From Bacteroidales bacterium (GTDB taxonomy: Bacteria; Bacteroidota; Bacteroidia; Bacteroidales; UBA932), in assembly GCA_034003005.1 (NCBI GenBank), contig JAVEZL010000002.1, positions 12,861 through 76,860 of the forward strand: DNA of 64,000 nt, written 5' to 3'. The position numbers and the translations under genes are program-made. This document shows positions 30,148 through 41,193 of the stretch, one piece after another. How positions within the stretch are numbered: the stretch's first letter is position 1; every line of letters begins with the position of its first letter. The notes beneath the pieces are model-generated. The model was not told the origin of the DNA. It ran no database searches and was given only the letters and a program-made list of their open reading frames with translations.

Positions 30148-31822
30148 ACGGACCAATATTTAGTCTTTTCCACTTTTGGTCAATATTCTCAATTGTGTTA
30201 AGGGATGAGAGGGCTTTTTCCGGCCACTCCCTAGTAAACCCATCTTTGCCTGTATATTTTCTTCTACTGTCTGCAGAGAGAACACCGTCAACAAATTCTG
30301 AATCTCTAACCGGGTCCCAGTTGCTTCCCCATAACCAAAGTCCGTGATACCTGTCTTTAATATCTTCCCATTCGTCTATAATAATGTTTATCAAGCCTTT
30401 TCTGTCATTGTGAGAGTGTGAAAAATAAAATGCAGTATCAGAAATTGGATTGTGTGCTCCTCCCTCTTCAGGCAATTTTATCGTAGCATCAATGAGCATC
30501 TTCCCTCCGTATCCGCAAACAGGCGAAGTATGATCCAAAACATCTGCAGGACCCCTGCTGAAATGGGTGTCTCTCTCCGGAAGATAGTTCTTCAATATTG
30601 CACTATCCAGCTGTTTCTGGTCTGTGATATCAATATCTTCATCAGTTACAATCAGCGTTTTACAAAACATCATCTGGCCTGCACCCCAAAGCGCATGTGC
30701 CACTTTAACCCCCTGGCCTGGATAACTTTTTTCAATTTTGGCAATGGCGATATTATGTCCGACTCCCTCTTCAGGTAAATGGAGCTCCTTTAGCTCAGGT
30801 ACCATCGTAAATTGTATAGGAGTAAGAAATATTTTTTCTGTAGCTACAGCAATATACTTATCTTCTTGCGGGGGAATACCTACAATAGTTGCAGGGTAAA
30901 TTGCATCCTTTTTATGAGAGATACATGTTACATGCATCTTTGGGTAGAGGTCTGCAAGTGAGTAAAATCCTGTATGATCTCCAAAAGGACCTTCAGTAAC
31001 AGGATGTTCTCTTGTGTCAATATAACCCTCAATAACAAAATCGCAGTCAGCCGGGACCATAATTGGTTGTGTAAGGCAATCCACGAGAGATACAGCCTTG
31101 TTTCTAAGATATCCGGCCAGCATGTACTCGTCAATTCCTTCAGGGAGTGGTGCTGTAGCTGCATAGGTATAGATGGGGTCACCCCCCAGGGCAACGGCAA
31201 CGGGAAACTTATCCCCTTTAAAACGAGAAAATTGTCTTGCTCCTGTTTTATGTCTGTGCCAGTGCATTCCAGTTGTGTTCTCTGAGAATATCTGCATCCT
31301 GTACATCCCAACATTGCGTGCTCCTGTTACAGGATCATTTGTGTGAACCAAAGGAAATGTGATAAACTTACCACCATCTTCCGGCCAGCATTTCAGGACA
31401 GGAAGTCTGCTTAAATCGGGCTTATGAAGAATGACCTCCTGACAAGGTGCTACCCCTTTATGATTTTTTGGCATCCATGATGCTGCTCTTCCCAAGAGTG
31501 GCAAAGCTTTGATTTTTTCCTGCAATGTTCCTCTCTGCTGAGTTATCTGTTTTATCAGATCTCTCATAGAATCAGATATTTGGTCAAATGAATCTGCCCC
31601 TAATGCAAAAAGAATCCTTCTCTGGGAGCCGAGCATGTTTGTGAGAACAGGATATGATGTTCCGGTATTTTCAAATAGGAGGGCCTTTCCTCCGCCGGGC
31701 TGTTTACTAATCCTGTCTGTTATCTCTGCAATCTCCAGAACAGGATCTACATACTCCTTAATACGAATAAGTTCATCTTTAGACTCAAGAAAATCAACAA
31801 ACTCCTTTAAACTTTTATACAT
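30104..31822 (-). CDS. UbiD-family decarboxylase, menaquinone biosynthesis (MqnL-like)
   Basis: GKALLFEN, RNVGMYRMQ, MHWHRHK, EGPFGDHTGFY, GPADVLDH, plus a C-terminal extension. mqnC is in the same window. Confidence 0.85.
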   Translation of the reverse strand: MYKSLKEFVDFLESKDELIRIKEYVDPVLEIAEITDRISKQPGGGKALLFENTGTSYPVLTNMLGSQRRILFALGADSFDQISDSMRDLIKQITQQRGTLQEKIKALPLLGRAASWMPKNHKGVAPCQEVILHKPDLSRLPVLKCWPEDGGKFITFPLVHTNDPVTGARNVGMYRMQIFSENTTGMHWHRHKTGARQFSRFKGDKFPVAVALGGDPIYTYAATAPLPEGIDEYMLAGYLRNKAVSLVDCLTQPIMVPADCDFVIEGYIDTREHPVTEGPFGDHTGFYSLADLYPKMHVTCISHKKDAIYPATIVGIPPQEDKYIAVATEKIFLTPIQFTMVPELKELHLPEEGVGHNIAIAKIEKSYPGQGVKVAHALWGAGQMMFCKTLIVTDEDIDITDQKQLDSAILKNYLPERDTHFSRGPADVLDHTSPVCGYGGKMLIDATIKLPEEGGAHNPISDTAFYFSHSHNDRKGLINIIIDEWEDIKDRYHGLWLWGSNWDPVRDSEFVDGVLSADSRRKYTGKDGFTREWPEKALSSLNTIENIDQKWKRLNIGPFIPSPSLRFLKKQK

Positions 31823-31823
31823 C

Positions 31824-34643
31824 TTAATCTCTTGTTGCCTCCTCAAGGAGGTAGAAAATTGATTTGAATGAAATTCCACTATGTTTTGAAAGCCCTATCT
31901 CACAAGTACGAGAAGTAGCATAACCCTCTGAACAGCCATTGCTTTGTTCTTTGATATTCCTTAAACCATGTTTATTTAGTTCAGGAAGCAAGAAACCTCT
32001 GTCCCCGGCAAACCCACAGCAGTTGCTATCTATTACAACAACATTATTTGTGCAAAGTTCTGCTATCTTTTTTAAGTGTCCGTCTACCTCCATTTTCTTT
32101 GCGCTGCAAACTGCAAATAGAGAAACTTTTTTATCTAATTTTTTGATATTCAATTTGTCTAAAAGGAAAATATCAGCAAACTCTGCAGGTTCATACAGTT
32201 TCAGCCTATCCCCAAAATTTGTTTTCATTGTGTAAAGACAAGGGCTCATATCACATAGTACAGGATATTTACCATCTTCTGATGCAACCCTTAATGCCTC
32301 CTCTAGCTTATCAGATGATATTTTCCCAGCCTCAACAAATCCTTTTGAAGAGAATGCCATCCCACAACAAAGTGAATCCAGCCCATCTGGATATATAACT
32401 TCAAACCCCGCCCTTCTAATAAGAATCTCAGTAACCTTGGTAATCTCCATTGCATCGGAATATTCTCTTGATACACCCATACTTCTGGTAATGCATGAAG
32501 GGAAGTAGACTACTTTGAGTTTATTGTCGGTTGTAGATTTATTTGTGGAATCAATTTTTGCAGCTCCCTTTGGGAAATATTCATTCCATAATGGTATAAG
32601 TCCTCCGGTTGCCTTATGCATTCCAGTTGCAACGGCTCCAAACAGTTTTTTCCCGGTGATCAGACGCAAATAATATAGGGTATTCAGACCGATTCGCATT
32701 CCCTTTGTTACTCCACCCATTCCTGTTGCAAGTGAGGCGGCAATTTTTTCAGCTCTTTTAGAGTGTCCTTCATGCCTAAGTTCTTTGACCAACTTCCCGG
32801 TGTCAATTTTTACAGGACATTTCAGAGCACATAACCCATCAGTTGCACAAGTGTCTAAGCCTGCATAGCTGTATAATTTTGAGAGTTCTGCAGCAATGTG
32901 AGGTTGCTCACCACTCTTTTCAAGTCTGCAAATCTCTCTGTACACAGCAATTCTCTGTCTCGGAGATAGCGTAAAACCTTCTGAAACACATCCTCCCTCA
33001 CAAAATCCGCACTCCATACATTTATCAACAACCTCTTTTGATGGTGGCAGAGGCTTGAAATTTTTCAAGTGAATCTTTTTATCATCATTAAGGATAACTC
33101 CGGGGTTAAGAATCTCTTTAGGATCGAAAAGTTTTTTTATTTTTTTCATCATCGAATAGGCCTCGGCACCCCACTCCATCTCAACATAAGGAGCCATATT
33201 TCTCCCGGTACCATGTTCGGCCTTAAGTGAGCCATCGTAGCCATTAACAACCAAATCTGCGACATCGTCCATAAATGCAGAGTATTTGTCAATATCCTCT
33301 TGTTTGGAGAAATCAGGATTAAACATAAAATGTAGATTTCCTTCAAGAGAGTGACCAAAAATTACTGCGTCCTCATACTTATATTTCTCAAATAATGATT
33401 GAAGCTTAAGAGTCCCCTCTGCTAGTTTTTCGATAGGGAAACATATGTCCTCGATTATGGGTGTAGTACCCAGTTCTCTCATAGCAGCTACAGTTGGCAG
33501 AGTCTCTTTTCTGATTTTCCACAACGAGGCCTGAAGTTTGGAATCTGTGGTGAAAATAATTGGAAGTTCAGTCTCAATTGATGAGATACTTTCAATAATC
33601 AAAGATACATTCTTGTTAAGTTGTTCTTCTGTTTCTGCCCTGGTTTCAACCAGGAGTGCAGCTGCTTTAGCAGAGATGTTCTTTATATACTCAGGGACTC
33701 CTTTTGTTGACTGAACAGACCTTACTGCCGCCCTGTCCATTATCTCGGCTGCGTAGACAGGTTGTTTTTTAAGAATCTGTACTGCTTTGCATGCTAATTC
33801 AATCGAGGGATAAATATTTAAAGCAAGTGCTTTATACTTGTGATCAACAACAGTGTTATAAGTAATATCTGAAATGAAACCAAGGGTACCCTCTGATCCA
33901 ATCATCAGGTGTTTGATAATCTCAATCCCATCAGTGTAATCAGTCAGGGCATTAAGGCTATAGCCTGTTGTGTTTTTTATTTTAAATTTCTTAACAATTC
34001 TGTCGTTAAGTTCTTTATTTTCTTTTATTTCCTTAGCAAGGCTTTCAATTCCTTCGATAAGCTCCTTATGCGAATGTTTGAAATTTTCTCTGCTGGTTTT
34101 ATCTGATGTATCCAAAATTGTTCCATCATGGAGTACCACCCTGATATCTGCGATTGTTTTGTAGGAGTTCTCTGCAGTTCCGCAACACATTCCGGATGCG
34201 TTGTTAGCTGCAATTCCTCCAATCATTGCAGCATCAATTGATGCAGGGTCAGGGCCAATTTTTCTCCCATACCGGTTAAGCTTATTATTTGCATGTTGAC
34301 CTCTTATCCCACTTTGAAGTCTGATTTTAGCACCGTTGTCTAAAACAGTGGAGTCTTGCCATCCATGAGTTGCAACAACTAGCACAGAGTCTGTGATTGC
34401 CTGTCCGGAGAGGGAGGTTCCAGCTGCTCTGAATGTAAGTGGAATCCCAAACTGAGATGCAATTTTTATTGTAGATATTAGCTCCGATTCGTTCACAACT
34501 TTAACCACCAGCTTGGGAATTAGTCTGTAAAATGAGGCATCTGTTCCAAATGCCAAGGTGCTAAGTGAATCGTGAAGAAGTCTCTCTTTTGGGATCTCTT
34601 TTGAGAGGGTTTCGTAAAACTCCCTGTATTTACCGGTAATCAT
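31824..34643 (-). CDS. FAD-binding and Fe-S oxidoreductase, Dld-II-type D-lactate dehydrogenase
   Basis: FRAAGTSLSGQA, GPDPAS, GSEGTLG, KAEHGTGR, CMECGFCEGGC, CATDGLCALKCP, two CCG motifs. Confidence 0.85.
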   Translation of the reverse strand: MITGKYREFYETLSKEIPKERLLHDSLSTLAFGTDASFYRLIPKLVVKVVNESELISTIKIASQFGIPLTFRAAGTSLSGQAITDSVLVVATHGWQDSTVLDNGAKIRLQSGIRGQHANNKLNRYGRKIGPDPASIDAAMIGGIAANNASGMCCGTAENSYKTIADIRVVLHDGTILDTSDKTSRENFKHSHKELIEGIESLAKEIKENKELNDRIVKKFKIKNTTGYSLNALTDYTDGIEIIKHLMIGSEGTLGFISDITYNTVVDHKYKALALNIYPSIELACKAVQILKKQPVYAAEIMDRAAVRSVQSTKGVPEYIKNISAKAAALLVETRAETEEQLNKNVSLIIESISSIETELPIIFTTDSKLQASLWKIRKETLPTVAAMRELGTTPIIEDICFPIEKLAEGTLKLQSLFEKYKYEDAVIFGHSLEGNLHFMFNPDFSKQEDIDKYSAFMDDVADLVVNGYDGSLKAEHGTGRNMAPYVEMEWGAEAYSMMKKIKKLFDPKEILNPGVILNDDKKIHLKNFKPLPPSKEVVDKCMECGFCEGGCVSEGFTLSPRQRIAVYREICRLEKSGEQPHIAAELSKLYSYAGLDTCATDGLCALKCPVKIDTGKLVKELRHEGHSKRAEKIAASLATGMGGVTKGMRIGLNTLYYLRLITGKKLFGAVATGMHKATGGLIPLWNEYFPKGAAKIDSTNKSTTDNKLKVVYFPSCITRSMGVSREYSDAMEITKVTEILIRRAGFEVIYPDGLDSLCCGMAFSSKGFVEAGKISSDKLEEALRVASEDGKYPVLCDMSPCLYTMKTNFGDRLKLYEPAEFADIFLLDKLNIKKLDKKVSLFAVCSAKKMEVDGHLKKIAELCTNNVVVIDSNCCGFAGDRGFLLPELNKHGLRNIKEQSNGCSEGYATSRTCEIGLSKHSGISFKSIFYLLEEATRD

Positions 34644-36169
34644 TTAATTATATCTTTAATAGTTGCAAAATCTATGTTTTTGGCTATAATTTTCCCCCTT
34701 TTGTCAAGAAGTACAGAAGAGGGGACTTTTTCTGCTTCGTAAATTGAAAAAACAGAATTATATCCATTTGGACCAGGTGATAGTATATCCCACTCAATGG
34801 AATTTTCTTCCTTATACCTTTTTGAGGTGTCGGGATTGCCCATTGGATATACAGCAGTAACTCTAATTCCGGATTTTCTGAGATTTGCATACTCTGATTT
34901 TATTCTTGCTGTGTAGAGTTTGCAAGAAGCACATTCAGGATCTGTATAATAGATAAGAGTGTACTTTGTGCAGGATTTTCCAAGTTTAACACGTCTGCCT
35001 TTAGAGTTTAACAGATAAGACATCTTGAACTTTTCTCCGATTCTGTTTGCGATGGTCCTGTTAACCATTGAAGGGACCCATACACCAGGATAATCTGGCC
35101 CATCCCAGAATGAGAGGAATGGCATAATATAACTCTTTGCAACTATAACAGAGGCTTGCCTTCTTAATTCATTATCTGAGTAAAGTAATTCTTCAAATAT
35201 ATAGGAGAACATTGTTCTGTAGATGGATTTGTCCTCTAATGATGAGAGTCTTGTGAACAATTGTCCGTATGACTCTTTTATGGAGATGGAGTCTTCGTAA
35301 TTAACCGCCTCCATGTATGCTGCTGCAAATCTTTTTGCTTGGTTTTCGAACTCTTTCTCTGTTTCGTTGAGCCTTGTAATAAGGTCTTTAAGTGATGCTG
35401 AATTAAGGTTTCTACCAATAATTTTCCCTGTCTTATCTATAAGAAACACCTGAGGTGTTTTAATTACGTTGTATAACCTTTGGAAATCGCTGGAGTAGGA
35501 GGGGTCAGATGCAATAATCCAGTTTGCGGGAATAGTATTGAACTCTTTGAAAATGTAATTTCTTAATTTTGATGTGTCTGGCTGGGTATAGACAGTAATT
35601 ACTTTTACACCATCGGTCTCAAGTGAGTCAGACAAGCTTTTTATTTTAGGTAGCTCTAATCTGCAAAGGGAGCAGTTGTCATCAAAGAATAGAAGGATTG
35701 TGTATCTGTATCCAAGTTTATTTCTCAATGAAATATCATTGCCATTAAAATCTTTCAATTTTATTTCAGGAGCTTGCATTCCAATCAAGGAGTGCTTGTT
35801 AAAATCAGAGTAGAGCTTTAAATCAATAATATCTATCCCTTCAGGAGGATTTAATTTTCCGTTAAGAAAATAATTTTGGGCAATGTGCAGTGCAACACTC
35901 TCTAAGCCCATGATATCTATGTTTTTGAAGATAGAAAACAACCTTGAAGCTATGTGCGAAGAGAGGTTGTTTTTGCTTCCGGCTTCAATTAATTTATCTG
36001 ATGCCCGAATTAGAGAGTCCGGATGAACAGGTACTGAGGCAAGGTATCTGGTTATACTTCTGTCAATATTTGCCGATAATGAATCTGAACTCTCTTTAAA
36101 CTGATTTTGAGCAGTGAGAGTATTGGATATAAAGACAAGAAGTGATAAAAATAAATGTTTAATTTTCAT
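34640..36169 (-). CDS. Exported protein with two thioredoxin-like (redoxin) domains
   Basis: Signal peptide; FFDDNCSLC...TPQVFLIDKTGKI and YTDPECASC...PSSVLLDKRGKI. Confidence 0.8.
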   Translation of the reverse strand: MKIKHLFLSLLVFISNTLTAQNQFKESSDSLSANIDRSITRYLASVPVHPDSLIRASDKLIEAGSKNNLSSHIASRLFSIFKNIDIMGLESVALHIAQNYFLNGKLNPPEGIDIIDLKLYSDFNKHSLIGMQAPEIKLKDFNGNDISLRNKLGYRYTILLFFDDNCSLCRLELPKIKSLSDSLETDGVKVITVYTQPDTSKLRNYIFKEFNTIPANWIIASDPSYSSDFQRLYNVIKTPQVFLIDKTGKIIGRNLNSASLKDLITRLNETEKEFENQAKRFAAAYMEAVNYEDSISIKESYGQLFTRLSSLEDKSIYRTMFSYIFEELLYSDNELRRQASVIVAKSYIMPFLSFWDGPDYPGVWVPSMVNRTIANRIGEKFKMSYLLNSKGRRVKLGKSCTKYTLIYYTDPECASCKLYTARIKSEYANLRKSGIRVTAVYPMGNPDTSKRYKEENSIEWDILSPGPNGYNSVFSIYEAEKVPSSVLLDKRGKIIAKNIDFATIKDIIK

Positions 36170-36172
36170 TCT

Positions 36173-36652
36173 TTATTTGATCCTTACTCTGTTTGAGAGG
36201 TCAATGCCAGTTGCCAGAAACATAGAAGCATCACCACCATTTAAGAGTACATCCCTGACAACTGTTGATGTTATGAAAGAGCACTCAGCACTTGAAGGGA
36301 TAAAAACAGTCTGAATGTTTGGAGACATTTTAAAATTTGCCTGAGCAATTACCTGTTCAAAATCAAAGTCAGTTGTAGAGCGTATTCCTCTTATTATAAA
36401 TCCAGCTTCTATTCTGTTACAAAAATCAATTGTGAGTCCGGTGTATGATTTTACCTCAACATTTTTTAAAGTATTAACAGACTCTTTGATAATCTCTATC
36501 CTTTCATCAATTGTAAAGAAACCAGACTTACTGTTGTTATGTCCTACAGCTACTATAACGTTGTCAAATACTCTAAGAGAGGAGACCAATACATCCAGAT
36601 GGCCTCTTGTAAAAGGGTCAAATGACCCTGGAAAAACAGCTTTTCTTGTCAT
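36173..36652 (-). CDS. coaD: Phosphopantetheine adenylyltransferase
   Basis: FPGSFDPFTRGH, IRGIR...DFDFE, ITSTVVR. Confidence 0.96.
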   Translation of the reverse strand: MTRKAVFPGSFDPFTRGHLDVLVSSLRVFDNVIVAVGHNNSKSGFFTIDERIEIIKESVNTLKNVEVKSYTGLTIDFCNRIEAGFIIRGIRSTTDFDFEQVIAQANFKMSPNIQTVFIPSSAECSFITSTVVRDVLLNGGDASMFLATGIDLSNRVRIK

Positions 36653-36653
36653 T

Positions 36654-37517
36654 TTAGCAATCGATTACGCAGCTAAAAACATAAGTTGCAGGACCTGTTA
36701 GTTTTATGTCTGTATAGTTGTCCTCTCCGGTATAAGTAAATTCAACTATAAGTTCTCCGCCTCTTGTCTCAATTATGTTCTTAACTTTTTGTGGAACTTT
36801 TATGTCTACTTTACTATAAGAAAATTTATTTCTTGTAAGTAGTTTATGATGTGCAATAGAGGATGCAGTAACACCTGTTCCGCATGAAAGTGTTTCATCT
36901 TCAACTCCTCTTTCATATGTTCTTACGTATAGTTTCTGTTCTTTATCCTCTTCAAATTTAGGAATATTAAATCTTCCCCAACTCCCCTGAACAAAATTTA
37001 CATTTGTACCGTCTGGAAAATGAGGGTGATGCCTCCAGAGCTTTCCTTGTTCTCTCACATCATAGTCGTTAATGTTTTCAACAAAAATCACCAGATGTGG
37101 TGATCCTGTATTCAGCATGTAGCTCTTTGGAGAGTACTCCTTTACGCTGTCAACATCAGAAATACCAAGTTTAACGATACATTTCGTAGGAGAGTAGTGT
37201 AAAATTTCTGCCTCGTGGATTCCATCGACAGCGTCAAAAATGAATTTCTTAATCCCTTTGTGAGCTGCAAATGCTACAAGTGATCTTCCACCGTTACCGC
37301 ACATTGTACCCTCTTTTCCGTCGGCATTATAATATACCATAGAGAAAGAGTGTTTTTTACTTTTATTTAGCATCATAAGGCCGTCAGCCCCTATGCCGAA
37401 CCTCCTGTCGCAAAGGAAATTGATTTGACTATCAGAGAGTTCAATATTTCCCTCTCTGTTGTCTAATATAATAAAGTCATTTCCTGTTGCCTGATATTTG
37501 TAAGCTGTAATTTTCAT
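36654..37517 (-). CDS. dapF: Diaminopimelate epimerase
   Basis: KYQATGNDF, CDRRFGIGADG, MCGNG, TGSPH, RTYERGVEDETLSCGTG. Confidence 0.95.
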   Translation of the reverse strand: MKITAYKYQATGNDFIILDNREGNIELSDSQINFLCDRRFGIGADGLMMLNKSKKHSFSMVYYNADGKEGTMCGNGGRSLVAFAAHKGIKKFIFDAVDGIHEAEILHYSPTKCIVKLGISDVDSVKEYSPKSYMLNTGSPHLVIFVENINDYDVREQGKLWRHHPHFPDGTNVNFVQGSWGRFNIPKFEEDKEQKLYVRTYERGVEDETLSCGTGVTASSIAHHKLLTRNKFSYSKVDIKVPQKVKNIIETRGGELIVEFTYTGEDNYTDIKLTGPATYVFSCVIDC

Positions 37518-37534
37518 GGTAGTTTGTCCTCCTG

Positions 37535-39157
37535 TTATTTAAAGAGGCTGTTGTCTGTGTTTAAATAAGCTCTTTCCAGATCTAGTAAAAAGCTTTTTTT
37601 ATCAATTCCTATTGCAAATCCTGTAAGTTTGTTGTTTACACCCAAAACCCGGTGACAAGGAACAACAATTAATAGTGGGTTCATCTTACAGGCAAGTCCT
37701 ACGGCTCTGCTAGCATCTTTAGTCTCAACAACAGAAGCAATTTCACCATATGTTTTAACTTGCCCGTATGGTATTTTTCTGAGCTCTTCCCATACACGTC
37801 TCTGAAAATCGGTTCCTTTCAGTTCAACGGGCAGGTCAAAGACTCTTCGTTTCTCTTGAAAATATTCATCAAGTTGTTTTATTGTCTCAGCCAGAATATG
37901 ATGATCTCTTTTCTCTTTTTCATAATTTAGATTCTCTCCCTCATTATATTCAACACTAATAAGTGCTGAGTTATTACAAGTTAGTCTCAGATTCCCCAGA
38001 GGGGTTTTATGAATAGTAGTATAGATGTCGTTCTCTTTAATTTTTGTTAACTCATTAATCATTGAGTGGGCGATTTTGTCTGAAGCTCCTTCGCCACCAA
38101 GCAATTTCCTAACTTTAGTATATCCAGATAACACTCTTTTTCTGTCTTTCTCACTTAAAATTTTTCCAGTCTCTTTTGAGATATTTTCAGGAGTACAGTC
38201 CCATTGCAATAGCTCTTTAACAAGTTCTTTATCTAAAATAAGATTAACCAAACTTGCATACTTAACCTTAATAATAAACTTTGCGAGATAGGCAGTGATT
38301 GGATTCATCCCATAACATACAACCTGAGGAGTATTGGTAATGGCCGTCTCCAGGCTGGCTGTCCCGGAAGAGACTACTGCAGCTTCTGAATGTCTGAGTA
38401 TTGAGTAGGTCTCTTTAAACAACAATTTAATCCTGCTATCCTTTAGATATCTGGAATAGTACTCAGGTTCAACTGATGGTGCGCCTGCAAGAATTAGCTG
38501 ATAATCAGGATAATCTTTCTCCAGAACTCTAAGTTTTGGCAGGAGATAACTAATTTCGTGCTTCCTGCTTCCTGCAAGCAATGCAATGTATTTCCCCTCT
38601 TCAAGGTTATTTCTAATAAGGAAATCACTCTTTGATTCAGAGAATGCCCTGTCTGACATTATACTATCATAAAGCGGATTTCCAAGATAGTTAACATCAA
38701 GATTATGTTTTTTGAAATACTCTTGCTCAAATGGGAAAATTATAAAAACTTTATCAATGTACTCCTTTAGTTTTTTGATCCTTGACTCGCCTCTGGCCCA
38801 TACTTTAGGAGGAATAAAATAAAAAGTTCTAAACCCGTGTTGATTTGCAAATTTTGCGATTCTAAGATTAAAACCTGGGTAATCTATAAGAATAACAACA
38901 TCTGGTTTCCATCCAATTATATCTCGTTTGCAAATGGAGAGATTTTCCTTAATTTTTCCGAGTTTGGAAATAACTTCCACTATGCCCATTACCGCAGTCT
39001 CTCTGTAGTGTTTAACTAGTCCCTCAGATACTTCACTCATGAGATTTCCGCCCCAGAATCTGAATTCAGCAGTGGAGTCTTGTTTTAGCAGACTCTTCAT
39101 GAGGTTTGATCCGTGCAGATCCCCGGATGCCTCACCCGCTATGAGGTAATAACGCAT
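37535..39157 (-). CDS. lpxB: Lipid-A-disaccharide synthase fused to a C-terminal methylated-DNA-protein-cysteine methyltransferase (LpxB-Ogt), 540 aa
   Basis: Residues ~1-370: IAGEASGDLHG, IDYPGFN, PKVWA, GNPL, AGSR..E, SGTASLE. Residues ~378-540: TPLG, GTDFQRRVW, IPYGQVKTYG, RAVG, NP...VPCHRV. Confidence 0.92.
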   Translation of the reverse strand: MRYYLIAGEASGDLHGSNLMKSLLKQDSTAEFRFWGGNLMSEVSEGLVKHYRETAVMGIVEVISKLGKIKENLSICKRDIIGWKPDVVILIDYPGFNLRIAKFANQHGFRTFYFIPPKVWARGESRIKKLKEYIDKVFIIFPFEQEYFKKHNLDVNYLGNPLYDSIMSDRAFSESKSDFLIRNNLEEGKYIALLAGSRKHEISYLLPKLRVLEKDYPDYQLILAGAPSVEPEYYSRYLKDSRIKLLFKETYSILRHSEAAVVSSGTASLETAITNTPQVVCYGMNPITAYLAKFIIKVKYASLVNLILDKELVKELLQWDCTPENISKETGKILSEKDRKRVLSGYTKVRKLLGGEGASDKIAHSMINELTKIKENDIYTTIHKTPLGNLRLTCNNSALISVEYNEGENLNYEKEKRDHHILAETIKQLDEYFQEKRRVFDLPVELKGTDFQRRVWEELRKIPYGQVKTYGEIASVVETKDASRAVGLACKMNPLLIVVPCHRVLGVNNKLTGFAIGIDKKSFLLDLERAYLNTDNSLFK

Positions 39158-39180
39158 ATTGGTTAGTTTTTGACAGTTGT

Positions 39181-39966
39181 TTACATTTGCCAGAGTTTAG
39201 AGAGTCTCTCTACTTCACTATAATCTGTTGTGTCAATTTTATGAGGTACAATGCTTATAAAACCTTCTTTTACAAGATTGTGGTCTGACTCTTTGTTGCC
39301 AGGCTCAAGATTAAAAAACTCTCCGGTCATCCAATAATAGTGGGAGCCATAAGGATCAGTTCTGTCTTCAAACTCTTTTATCCACTGGCCTTTACCCTGA
39401 TGACAGAATTTTATACCTTTTATTGACTCTTTATCTCGTTCAGGGAAATTTACATTTAAGTATATCTCAGGTTTTGGTGGATTCTTTAGGTATTCATCAA
39501 TAATTAATTTACCAAAATGAATTGCTGCTGTAAAATCTGTATCACTGTGATGGGAAATGTGCGAAAAACCTATTGAAGGAATCCCGTAAACTGTTCCCTC
39601 TGCAGCTGCACCCAAAGTTCCTGAATATAATGATGCAATAGACGCATTTGATCCGTGATTTATTCCAGAAACCAAAAGATCAGGAGGATTTGTGGTGAAA
39701 AGCTGGTTCATTGCCATTTTGACACAGTCGGCGGGAGTCCCGCTACATGCAAAAACACGCAGTCCCTTTTCACTCTTAAGCTCGGTAAGTCTTAATGGCT
39801 TCCCTATGGTAAGTGCTGCAGACATCCCTGACATAGCCTCAAATGGAGCAACAACAGTTATTTCGCCGTACTCTTTCATCATCTCTGTTAGAGCCGAAAT
39901 CCCTTTAGATTTTACTCCATCATCATTTGTAATCAATATATTGAGCTTTCCCTTTTTTCTCTCCAT
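39181..39966 (-). CDS. surE: 5'/3'-nucleotidase SurE
   Basis: ILITNDDG, GTPADCV, SGINHGSN, YSGTLGAA, NVNFP. Start moved to 39966; the track's extension is antisense to gap. Confidence 0.95.
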   Translation of the reverse strand: MERKKGKLNILITNDDGVKSKGISALTEMMKEYGEITVVAPFEAMSGMSAALTIGKPLRLTELKSEKGLRVFACSGTPADCVKMAMNQLFTTNPPDLLVSGINHGSNASIASLYSGTLGAAAEGTVYGIPSIGFSHISHHSDTDFTAAIHFGKLIIDEYLKNPPKPEIYLNVNFPERDKESIKGIKFCHQGKGQWIKEFEDRTDPYGSHYYWMTGEFFNLEPGNKESDHNLVKEGFISIVPHKIDTTDYSEVERLSKLWQM

Positions 39967-40022
39967 AGGTTTTCTGAATAAATTTGATTTATAATCTGCG
40001 AAGTTAATAATTTTGGCACGAT

Positions 40023-40052
40023 TTTGCATAAGTTCTATTTTTTGTAACTTTG
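40023..40052 (+). promoter_or_regulatory. Sigma-A promoter of gap
   Basis: TTTG at 40023-40026 and TAACTTTG at 40045-40052. Confidence 0.7.
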
Positions 40053-40080
40053 CGCCGACATTCAAAAGAAGTTTTAATAA

Positions 40081-41106
<1,026 letters not shown>

Positions 41107-41129
41107 CAGAACATAAAACACATTTTTAA

Positions 41130-41165
41130 GAGGGCGGCTAAAATGATAGTCGCCCTCATTTTTTT
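41130..41165 (+). terminator. Intrinsic terminator after gap
   Basis: GAGGGCGGCTA-AAATGA-TAGTCGCCCTC followed by ATTTTTTT. Confidence 0.85.
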
Positions 41166-41193
41166 GCATATATTTGTGTTCAAAACATAAACT

